From NCBI RefSeq assembly GCF_006345805.1, contig NC_042997.1:205840001-205904000 (forward strand): a DNA stretch of 64,000 nucleotides, read 5' to 3'. Under the pieces are notes generated by a model. That model did no database searches. It worked only from the letters and a program-made list of their open reading frames with translations, and was not told the DNA's origin. The position numbers and the translations under genes were made by a program. Shown here one piece after another: positions 48,363 to 59,936 of the stretch (its first letter is position 1; each line of letters starts with the position of its first letter). The stretch comes from Octopus sinensis (Eukaryota).

Positions 48363-50894
48363 TCTCTCCATTGCTTTACAAATACTTTACAAAGTAGCTT
48401 TCAGTACTTTTTACTACATTATAACTACATGAATTTGTTATCTCTGAATTTTAAGAATATATATGTGTGTGTGTGTGTTTGTTTTTACACAATTACATTT
48501 CAGAAGGGGTACATAACAGCTTTATCGGGATTTAAGGTGTAAAATGGTTGTTACATCATTTTTTTACAATGATTCATTTTCTGTCTTAATTGTATTGCTT
48601 TCATTTTGATTTCTTGGGTGGGACATTTCTTTCTTTCCTGTCTTTATTCCTTTCTTTGCCCTATCATTCTTTGTTTCTTCTCCTCGTCCTCCTTCCTGTC
48701 AGCTTCCTCAAAACATACCTACATTAAAAGATTGCTTTAAAATTAATTTGATGATAAGATGATAGTCTGATGTTAAGATGGCAGTAAAAGGTGTTTGCTA
48801 TTATGTACGTTTAAAAATATTTTGACTATGTTAGCAGATTAAAATATTTTGGGGATTACATAGACCCGGTGCTCACAGGCAAAATATTTTTTTTCCCCAG
48901 TAATGAACTCATTTGCATACAAGCAATCAGAGCTAACCTTGGCCTTGTCATAACATTCGTGAATGTGTTAAAAACAACCAATCCCTTGGCAAAACGCACT
49001 CTACAAAGTTGAAGAACAGTGTTGTAAGTCGATCGATTGCCAAGTTATTCCTACATTTAGAAGAAGATAAGTGTAGTGGGTATATATGTTCAGTATCAAG
49101 TATTGATATGGCTGCGTGTATGTTATTACAATAGTTCATAAAGAGATGAAGAATAAATTTAAGACCTATATATTTACTACGTAAAAATATATTTTATTTA
49201 CTGGTCAATGATGATACATAGAATCAAAATGTAGAATCTAGTTGAATGGAGTAATCTATGCAAGAAAGTCCAGAGATAGAAAATGTAGAAATAACAGCTA
49301 AGTGGTGGTTTTCAGTCAGGTGGTGTAGATAATAGACTGATAAAGCAATGACGTGAATGGCTCTAAGTCTAATTGACTAAGAAGCGAAGAGCTGGGTTAG
49401 CAAGCTGTTTTTATTAATGGAACGTTAGACATTCTAGAAACTTCCAAGAGAAATGCTAAGCTTCTTGAATAATTAAGAATCACTTCTCACGAGGGAGGTT
49501 ACTCTATAAACATTATTGCAAGATAGATCATTCAGCTATTTAGCTACAGACTACTACACAAGTAATTAGATAGATTTACATCTATACTTAATGTTGGATT
49601 TTGTTTGGGCCCCATGTGGTAAAGATGTGGATGGGGAAAATGTGGGTAGAGGGGGATGTGCTAGCAACTCTCTCCCCTTACCGTTTTACAAAGTAAACAA
49701 CACAACTACACAGAGGCAGCCATGGTCGAAACAAGAACAAGAACAACAAGCATTATTAAAAGAGAAAAGAAGCATGGTCATTCCTTACACAAGTGACCTT
49801 ATCGCCCATCACTTATGTACTCATAAATTATTTTGATAGCTGAGTTCTGATTGGGTATATGTAAATGAGTTCATAACTGGGGTCCAGAACTCTCGTGGGA
49901 AAAAAAATTTCACAAGCTGCTCACCGATGATGCCGTGAATGTTGCCAAGTTGTGTAATTTACTAGAAAATGTAAATGAGTGTAGTTTCCTAATTTTTTGA
50001 CTGATTTTCTACATTCCTAATTTTAAATGTTGATGTTGATCTGAGAACATCGTAATCAATATGGTGTTGTGTCGTTTTGCGCCCTCTTGGCATATATCAG
50101 TGGGTACATGTTGTATCACTAATTTCAGTCTGAGCGTAGGTACCTAATGTTAGCTCCATATAGAGATGGTGCTCAATTGATCTATGACGATGGTGGGGGG
50201 TGGAATGTGGTGCTTATGTGAGACCTGCTATGCTGTACTCACAGAGTGGCATACACCATTCTATGCCTGACTGGCTGTACAGTGATACACAGTATGTGGA
50301 TTTTCAAAGCGAGCTCTGTTTGGGTGTATGCAAATGAGTTCATTACTGGGATCTGGAACTCTCGTGGGAAAAAAAATTTCGGCCATGGGCCACATTGTGT
50401 CTCGCTTAATATTTTCATGCGGTCCACTGGCAATTCAAATTATAATTCTATGTTATTTTCTGGTTATATTTTTGTTTACTTTGTTAGAGCATGATGAGAA
50501 AATCATTCTCAGAGTGTATTATTTTGAACGGACCAATGGAAACATCAATAGAGGATGGTAAAATGAGGGAGGTCATGTTGGCTTATGACACAGAATGGCT
50601 GACTATACATTGTAGAATGAACCATTTTGTTGATACATAATTAACAGCCATTATTTCAGTTTCAAATCTTTTGCAGTCGGATCAATATTGATTGTGTAAT
50701 TTCCTAACCTTGTTTACAATGTCAAGTGATAATGGCTTCAGTGGTACTTCAGTGTTTCTAGTCCAGGCTAAGCCTAATGCTAAGAAGCTAATGCAGAAGA
50801 GCCTATTTATTCTTCGTTTGTTTCTGATTTCTGGAATATTGATATCAACATGATTAGGTAATAATTTTAATTGTTAATTTTAACAGCCCATTAT

Positions 50895-51385
50895 CAGGTC
50901 ATGGCATCTCATACTAAGAAGAGAAAAATAACAGAAGAAAAGAGAAAGTTCAATATCCTATGGACAGAAAAATATTTTGTAATTGAAACATCCAATAATA
51001 TTATGAGTCACAATAAATTAATTAAACAGAGAAAGACGGGAAATGAAAATAAATGAATTGAAGAAGAAGCTGAGTTCACAACAAAACAGTTTCAAAAAAC
51101 ATGTTGGGAAAACTGGTACATGTACAAAAGTTAGTTATTTAATAGCTGGGAAATTGGTAAGCCACTGATTGATGGCAAATTAATATAAAGAAGGTATTGT
51201 AATTGCTTTTAATGAATATTGTCCAAAGAAGGTGAAATTATTCAATGAAACAAGTCTGTTGCATCAGACAATTGGTGGAAGAATTGATGACTTATTTGAG
51301 AGTATTTTGGGTACATTGCAGACTTAATTATCTAAATGTGTTCATTACAGGTTAGCATTGGACAAAAGTACTGATCAAAGTATGA
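50895..51385 (+). mobile_element. hAT (SPIN/Charlie, GTF2IRD2-like) transposase remnant
   Basis: KKRKITEEKRKFNILWTEKYF, then frameshifted LSSQQNSF, CPKKVKLF, TIGGRIDDL and LALDKSTD. Confidence 0.72.
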
Positions 51386-52319
51386 CTCCTTCATGTGTCG
51401 CCTGATTGACTATATGAATGACTAGGCCATAGCCCACACCGCCAGATGTTTTAAGCATCTCTGCAGTGATTCCTGATGGGCTGGGGGGCTTTCCCTGTCT
51501 TCATACTCTTTATTGCTGTCAATTTGGATAGTTGGTCCCTCTGTTGTGTTGACATTCGGCAGACTCTCTTTCTCCTATTCATTTAGCAACCTTTCATAGT
51601 GGCATCTCCAAGTCTCTCTCCTTGCTGTACTGCCTCATTAAATGCAAGTGAGCCATTATCCATGCGGACACATGTGGTTTATATGGGGCATAATAATATG
51701 CCTAAATTATTATGCCCCATATAAACCACACTTCATTCTTAAATACTAAATTTAAATATTCCTAATTCTAAGAATTTACATCTTGTTTGCCTCCCTTCCA
51801 TAATATTTCAAAGATTTTAGTATTTGTGCCAATTAATACCTTATTTACTAAGAATATTCTCATAAAAAGTTCTTCTAAAACCTCCTTAATTAATATTCAA
51901 AACCTGATAAAGAATAGATTATATTATCTAGGTTATTTAGTCTCTATTTCTATGAAAGTCTTATTATTAATATAATTTTTAACCAAAAGTTTGATCATTT
52001 CTTCACCCGATATTAAACACTAATCTTACACGACAACTCCCATGATAAGGAAATATTAATTTTAATCTAGTAATTATAAAATTATAATGTAATTATTAGG
52101 TATTTTCTTATAGCAGCTTATCTCACCTATTATAAATAAGCTAGGTATATTCTATAATAAATTTTTAGAACACAAATCTAGTCTACCCCTTATCTACAAT
52201 ATTCTACAATTTTATTTTTCAATTCACTTATTTAAATTTCCTTCACTAAAATTTTAAACCATTTTAGCTCACTCATTTACCCACTATATCATCTTACTGT
52301 TCTCTTTCTATTCCCCTCC

Positions 52320-54610
52320 TCTCCTTCACTCTGTCTCTCTCTCTTCCCCTCCTCTCCCTCACGCTGTCTCTCTTCCTCTCCCCTTCCTCTACCTCCCTCT
52401 GTCTCTAACACCCCCATACCCCTCTCTCTCCTTATATCACCCTCTCTCTTTCCTCAATATCTCCCTCTCCCTTTCCCTATTTCCCCTCCGTGTTTCTTCT
52501 TTTCTACTTCCTCTTCTTCACTCTGTCTCTTTCTCTTCTCCTCCTCTCCCTCACTCTGTCTCTCTTTCTCTCTAATACCTCATACCCCCACTCTCTCCTC
52601 ATATCACCCTCTCTCTTTCCTTTATATTTCCCTCTCTCTTTCCCTATACCCATCCCAACTGTGTTTCTTCTTTTCTACCTCCCTCTATCCTCTACTTCCC
52701 TCTGGGCTTAAAAACGAAGATGGCACCAAAGTGGGAGAAGAAAGAATTAAATCTTCTGCAAGCATGGGTAATTGCTAGTGGCGATCTGTCAAACAACAGC
52801 ATCACTACTGCACTGAAGAACAATGGCTTTCACAGAACCATTGACCAGATAGAGCGGAAGAAGAGTGAATTTAACCGGTCTTATATGCTCATAAGACCAC
52901 GCATTGACACTCTGGATGACATAATCGAAAACTATTGTGGCAAGGCTGATAAGGAGGGAGAAGATGAAAAGGAAACAAAACCCGGAAGTCTCCTTGATCT
53001 AGTAGTTCCTCAAAAGAATGAATCACCCACCCTCGTGAACGACCAGGCAGAAATGGATAGGGGAGCCAAGGAAGTAGTAACTAGGAGCCCCTCTGTGCCA
53101 GTGGTCCTACAAAGGAATGGATCCCTCACCCCATTAGAAAACCAGAGGAAAAAGTTCCCACCACAAGGAAAGGAAGGACGGAACACAAAAATAAAGAAGG
53201 AAAGGAAGGAAAAGGCAAAAATGAAACAACCAAAACCGAAACCCCAACCCACCAAACAAACAACAGAAAACCCCATGGAGGATCCAATGCCATCCAAAAC
53301 CCTACAGGAAAGATGAAATTTGGAAGGCATTCAAGAACCTGCAAATTTTACTTGCAAGGCAAATGTTGGCATGGGGAAGATGACAAAAACTGCTTGTTTG
53401 CCCACCCAACACCCCGCCAAACCTACAGGGTCCTTAAAGAGAAAAACTTCACCGAGGAAAGACAAAAAATGTCTCCAAGGAAAAAATTTACAAAAGAAGT
53501 GTGCTCCTCAGATGTTCTGCGCAATGCAGCAGCTGAGCAAGAGTCTTTTTTGTGCATGGCGCAAAAGATTTGTACAACAGCTGACCTGGGTACACCAAGC
53601 ACAAACAAGGAACCTTTGCCCACAACTATGCAAGACCACCACTGTCAACAGACACGGGATGGCCTCCCTTAACTCCTGCACAGTCGTCACCCCAATACTT
53701 TTACTAAATATTGGGGGCCTGTTCCATCATAATAAAAGCAAAATTTCTTTCCTGAGAGATCTTACTGCATGCAATCAATCCCTATGCATAGCACTCGTGG
53801 AAACTCACTTCAGCCCTGATATAGAGGATGCAGAAGTACACGTACCAAACTATGCCATACTGCAAACAGACAGAAGGGAAAGGAGCCATGGTGGAGTTGC
53901 TGTATACATTCATGATAACCTCACACCCAGGTCTTACTGTCACACTCAAATTCGGTATGTGATACTCTAATTGTATACATAAGACAACATAATATCGTCA
54001 TATGCAATACATATTGCCCACCGGATGCTCCAAACCACATAGGCAAGTTTGAAGATTGCCTCACAAGAATTAAAGAAATCCTCATGAATCTGGAACACCA
54101 TGCGACTATATTTCTTATGGATGATTTCAACTTTCCCAACGTCAAATGGCCCGAAGGTCTCAGACTCTCAGGAATGATTCATTGCAAGCAAGCACAGGTG
54201 GAGTCCCTGCTCAACCTCACCAATGCCTTATTCATGGAGCAAGCTGTAATCAGACCAACTAGGGCGAATAACATTATGGATCTCTGCTTCACAAACAATA
54301 TGGACATCATTCATGATGTGAAAGTGACACCGACATTAGTCTCAGATCACAACATAATAGAGCTGTCTATGGTTGGGCCGAAAGTAACTAGAGACATACA
54401 GCCTAAAGGAAGCACCCGAAATCTTTCCAATCTGAACTTCCACAAAGCAGATTGGAAATCAATCCAAAAAGAGATCCTCAGACAGTACTGGCTGAAATGT
54501 CTCTCCACACCAGACATTGACATGAAACTAGAATATTTCATGTCGCTTGTGCAAGCCATATGCCAGAAATATGTCTCAGAGCACAAGGTCAAAACAAGCA
54601 GAATTTGCAA
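52320..54610 (+). mobile_element. CR1/L2-like LINE 5' half: CT-rich UTR, ORF1 and endonuclease; 3'-truncated
   Basis: ORF 52720-53316 starts with a Myb/SANT-like WEKKEL..RTIDQIERK. The next frame has a CCCH finger, CKFYLQGKCWHG..CLFAHP. APE motifs IALVETH, GGVAVY and DDFNFP are homologous to 40000-40560. Confidence 0.85.
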
Positions 54611-55341
54611 AGCGTTGGATTGTTCATCCACTAATAGGGAATATGATATGGGTTTAGACCGTCATGAGACAGGTTAGTTTCATCCTACCAATGTATTTCG
54701 CGCCACTGGTTGACATGTGACACGAGGGTCTCTACGTAGTCCGCGCCACTGTTTGACACGTGACGCGAATTGTCTCGACTTATTTCGCGCCACAGTCGCA
54801 AATCAACCAATCAAGACCTTCGGTTAAAATTCCATTTTCTGAAGTTCTGTGAGCCAACCAAACAGTTTATAAAGCAGGGTTCACTGAGACTTTCGTCTTT
54901 AGTTCTAGTTCTTCTAAGATCTAACTTAGGCCACCTGCTGCTCAACTTAGAGATATGCGATTGTCTCTGCTACTACCTGTTGCTATGCTGATACAAACAT
55001 GAACTGTGAACCGAATTCCATTGTTAATTCTATAGTCAGTACCTTTTATGCCTCACGAACACACAGACACAAAAACATGCTAACGCTTACGAACTCCTAA
55101 CATTGACACGATCGTAAAATATGTAAAATAAATAATATTTATCTCCCAACAGAAGACTCGTTGTCAATTCACTTATGTTCTATTGTTACTGTATGTATTT
55201 ATGGCTTGTAATAATTAGTTAAGAGTAGAACCGCGTGCGATCGTATTTCCTACACGATACGACCACATGTGCTCCTATTTCTTATAACAGCATCACCTGC
55301 GTCAGACTATAAAATAATCTCGGCAGATAATACTGTAGCAC

Positions 55342-57672
55342 CAAGAGGAACTTCTTTCGGGGTTTCAGTGGAGCCCTGCAAATCTTCTCGATATCCAGGG
55401 ACACCTGCTCCACCGAATCTAAACCAAACTCTTGACTCGAGCTCAAAGTCCCTGTAGGTAGGACACCTCGCCTGGTTCTACCTTTTTCATCTTGCTACTA
55501 TCGAGACTCGGCAGAGTGCTATCATGGACAAGGTAAGACTTGCTCCAGCCGCGAATGGAGAACCATGCACACTTACCGATGTTGATACCTAGCCCGACTG
55601 CGCGATAGAACTCCAGGCATCTATCCACAAAAGCCTGGAGGCCATCACACGAGCCAGTGACTAAGACCAAATTGTCTGTGTACACTAGTCCTGCCATACT
55701 AATCCCCTCAAGACTGAAACCTCTGCCGTCTGACAAAATGTCTAACAACCGAATTTCGATGGGCTCGCTAAGTTGCCCACCAACTGAGAATCTGGTAGTG
55801 TTACTTTCAGAATCCCCTCCACGAGCGCTATTACATGCTCATGGAAGGCAAGCCTTGGCAGTCCCGCATACACCAACGAGTGCAAAACTGTATCGAAGGC
55901 CTTGGCGAGATCCATGAAAGCCACCTCCAGACGCGGTATTCTCAACCGTGCTGCCCTCCCAATCGCTCGACTGACCAGCTGCCGCAAGAGAAAAGAATTC
56001 TCGCTGCAGCCGTCAGCCTGGATAAATCCGCATTGAGCAGGATTCAGGGGAGTTACCTGAAACATCTTTTGGCGACCATTTTCGGAAAAAAACGATATTC
56101 CATAGGATCATCTGTACTTTTCGGAATCAGGATGGATTTTCCTCGTTTCAGGATATCGAGAACCTTTCCGGTCAACATACAGTTACACACGTCGGTGAGG
56201 ATACACGTGTCCATGGACTTGACCTTACAAACGCTAAGTCCGTCTGGACCCGCCGCTGAGGAAGGATTCATTTGCCTCCGACTAATTTTCACCTCCTCCT
56301 TAGAAAACGGTCACAAAATAGGATCGTTATCTACCTTGAAGGAGGAAGGGTAGTCGTTATAGAGCTCTATAACGAGCATAGGGATTGGGCATCCTTGCTT
56401 CGTATCCTTGCCAAGTACCACTGTAAGGAGCTTCTTCCTATCCTGTTTATATAACTCCTGGTGGAGTGCAAGCTGATGTTGCTTTGCACATCACCGAAAC
56501 TGGGACCGGTTTGGGCCTTTAGATCTTTGGTACCCTCCAGAGGCCTCTATCCTGTGCAACCTATATTGCTCCACACTTCTTGAAAAGGAATCCCGTGGTC
56601 GTATCCTCAATGTGTTCCAATAGGGCCTCGGAGAAGACCACTGACCAACGGGTATGCCCAGGACATGCAGCATCAAGGAATCGATCTCTTTAGTCAGGAC
56701 AAGAAGATCTACCCTCGACTTGTGAATGGGAGTCAGCAACGGACAGCCCTGACACTTGAAGACTCTCGCGAGCCCTCTTGGCCAGAGCTGCCCTCTTGGA
56801 TCCTATCTGTTTTGCAGTTTTGCCAGGCAGGAACATTGCTACATTAATGTGTCTAACCCCGGTTGCCAACAATTCAGCTTCCTTCTCAACGAGGACCGCT
56901 ACTTCCTTGTCTGACCAGCAGCCCTTGCGTATCCGGCCAGAAGCTGCTCGGTTAACACGCTTTATTGCCAACTGTTCCTTATAAGTGGCGATACTGTGCT
57001 CATTAGCAGCAACAGGATACTGATAGCACACATGTTGCGACCTACCTGCAACCGTCAAAAAAGAATGGCTGCAGTGGTCGCATCTGAAGGAAGATTGAGA
57101 AGACCAGATTCACCAACGCACTTGCCAACGTGACACCTCATAGAATGGAGGTGTCCACTCTCCCTACCACGTTTACTACATCTGTAGACTGGCTCACGCT
57201 GTGCCTACAGTCCAAATGTTCTCCCCAATGGTAGGGAGAAGAGAAGCGCTGAGGACATAGCGGAAGGCTATGGAGCAAGAAGCGCAAAGAATAGATAGCA
57301 AAAATTCATCTGCCAGAGTGGGGCCAAACATTTCCACAATCCCCTCCCGGATCACTTCTAAAGTAAGAAAGTGTTTGTAATCGAGAGGGTCTTGAGTCAA
57401 GTCTGGCTAGATTACCTGACGTACTCTCTAGTATATATGAAAGAAGAAGATGTGGTCTCCGGGAGAAGTATCCGCCTACTGTTGCAACAAGAGGAACTTC
57501 TTTCGGGGTTTCAGTGGAGCCCTGCAAATCTTCTCGATATCCAGGGACACCTGCTCCACCGAATCTAAACCAAACTCTTGACTCGAGCTCAAAGTCCCTG
57601 TAGGTAGGACACCTCGCCTGGTTCTACCTTTTTCATCTTGCTACCATCGAAACTCGGCAGAGTGCTATCATG
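55342..57672 (-). mobile_element. Defective R2-like non-LTR element (zinc fingers + Myb + RT) between 185-bp direct repeats
   Basis: FRCDHCSHSFLTVAGRSQH finger; CCHC-like YRCSK..CHVGKC; Myb WSDKEVAVLVEKEAEL..RHIN..PGKTAKQI; RT SAAGPDG, QCGFIQADGC and FMDLAKAFDTV. The GVxQGD region appears deleted. Confidence 0.8.
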
Positions 57673-58445
57673 TATGTATGTACATATACAAGTACGTTTG
57701 TATGTATGTAAGTTTTGTTCCTGTTCCTCTTCAGCAAGTTCAAGCTGGTTGCTAATGAATTGACAAGAGTTTTTGAGTTAAAAGAGTTCCCAGCGTTTGT
57801 AAATGTGTGGTTGAGTTGGAGTGCAGGTTGAACTCTTGATGCCCAGACTCAAGCACGTGCATCTATTCACCTAAAGAATCTCTGATGGTAAATCTTTGGA
57901 ATGTCTTACAAAATCTTCCCTGTGCCACGCAGAGATCGGATTTTGGAGATCTCTTTTGATCTTTCTTTGGAAAAGCCTAACAGTTCTAGGTGGTTGTGTA
58001 AGTGTGTAAGCACATAGCCTAATGCACCTATATTATAGGTACAAACGAGAATTTATAGTCAGGGCCCAAGGGCTGAGTGCTCTAAATTAATTCATCGTGT
58101 TTTCTTTTTCCTTGACTTTCAATATCCTCTCTCGGCGGAATGCAAGGTATGCTTCACCGGTCCAGGGGAGGCTACTCTTCCTCAAAATGCTGCTTACAGG
58201 ATGTATTGCTTTTTCTGGGTATGTATTCTCGCTTAGGTTTCAGTCACTGTAGGAGGTGGTATGATGTACCCGATGCTGGCCCGTACTAGGAAATGGCAGG
58301 GTCGGTTTGTGCTAGATTACCTGACGCAAACCACTGGGAACTCTTTTAACTCAAAAACTCTTGTCGCTTCATTAGCAACCAGCTTGAACTTGCTGAAGAG
58401 GAACAGGAACAAAACTTACATACATAAAAACGTACTTGTATACGT

Positions 58446-58451
<6 letters not shown>
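57672..58451. repeat. Cassette with ~120-bp inverted repeats
   Basis: 57672-57793 is the reverse complement of 58334-58451; ~540 bp spacer without a recognisable ORF. Confidence 0.85.
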
Positions 58452-58482
<31 letters not shown>

Positions 58483-58859
58483 AATACATACATTCACAGA
58501 CGCATACACTCATATATACATATGTACATACATACATACATACACACTCGTACATACACACACGCATACACACTCATACATATATACATACATACACACA
58601 CACATTCATACATACATACTCACATACATACACACTTACATATACACATATATATACATATATATGGTGGCTGTCCCCTCGTTATCGAGTATGGCCATTG
58701 CACGAAGCTTAATCAATGTTGTTATCGTGCAATGCCTGTGCAAGAAGATTTTTTTAAAGTGAGGAAAGGCTGTGCACTGAGTCAATCCGACTCACTAAGC
58801 AACAGCAGCCATAATCCAAAAAGAAGAGCAAGTCAACATCATCGGTAACCACTGAACCG

Positions 58860-59218
58860 CAAGTTTTATGTCGGAGTTATCCCAGTTACCTGAGTTACCT
58901 TCTCCTAGAGGGATGCCCTAACAAAGGCTAGGAGTCCTTCACTCCCAATGGTTTAACCGGGCGATCGGGTATTCATTCCGATTATTTCTATGTCCCTGCA
59001 CATGATACAGCCTTAAGACATTTATTGGATGTCCATTGACTCTCAAGAGTTCCTTCACCCTTTGACGGGTTTTGTTTTTCATCCCGCAGGGTGTCCAATA
59101 AACACCCTCCTCACCAAGCAAGTTTGGTGTGGTTGCAGGTTTAGTCGCCGACGACCCGACCATGCAAAATGTGGTACTGGGTTTACATGTCACCAGTAGC
59201 ACTCGAAAGTGACCTGAC
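58860..59218 (-). mobile_element. Possible RTE-type 5' UTR remnant
   Basis: The minus strand contains tagggcatccctctaggagaaggtaactc, similar to my recollection of RTE 5' UTR ends; embedded in (TACA)n. Confidence 0.4.
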
Positions 59219-59298
59219 ATACATACATACATACATACATACATACATACATACATACACACACATGCATACACACTCATACATACATATGTAGTGTA

Positions 59299-59936
59299 TG
59301 TTGCAGGCATGGCGTGGATTTCAGTTAACAGTTCAACAGCTCCTTTTCTCATGGTAAAACCTTCTGACTAATTTTGGGTAGTTATAAAAACAAGAACTCC
59401 GTAAGCAAATGCAGTTATTGAGAACCAACTTGGTGAGAGCGACCATCAGTTAGTGAACGGCCAACTAATCATAGCCACAAGCAGGCAGCTACCAAAGACA
59501 AATGGTCAGAGAGAGAAATGAACTTTACAATCAGCAACTATGAGACACAACTTCCTTCGACTCTCCCACTCTCACTGGCTCACTTTATTGTCTCTTACAA
59601 TATCACTCCATCTCTATCTGTAATTTCTACTACACAATGACAAGAACACAAACACAAACTATACAAGCAAAACCTACATCTATCTTTACTTCGCATGCTT
59701 TACGATTTTATCACCTGCCCGTCGAGGCAAGGTATTGTATAATGTAATATATTTTCTTCACAACTTCAGTCACTGTTCTTTCATCTTTGCATAATGGCAA
59801 TCAATGAAGAACAAACCATTACAACTGGTGACGACCCCGACGTTTCATCCTATTGTTTATCAATTATTGTGTACCATATTAATATCAACTGTTACAAAAT
59901 AATCTCTGTCGTTACAAATTAACTTCTACCGTAACA
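59299..59936. mobile_element. Solo LTR-like element in microsatellite
   Basis: TGTTGCAG...CCGTAACA termini, the same right end as 36577-37668; flanked by TACA/CA repeats. Confidence 0.45.

Noticed and set aside
51700-52300. Mitochondrial insertion (also 24600-25020)
   Set aside because: AT-rich, but no recognisable mitochondrial gene or tRNA; may be low-complexity or low-quality consensus.
58261-58848. His/Thr/Ile-rich ORFs (also 62121-62448, 42004-42297)
   Set aside because: Translations of CA/TACA microsatellites.
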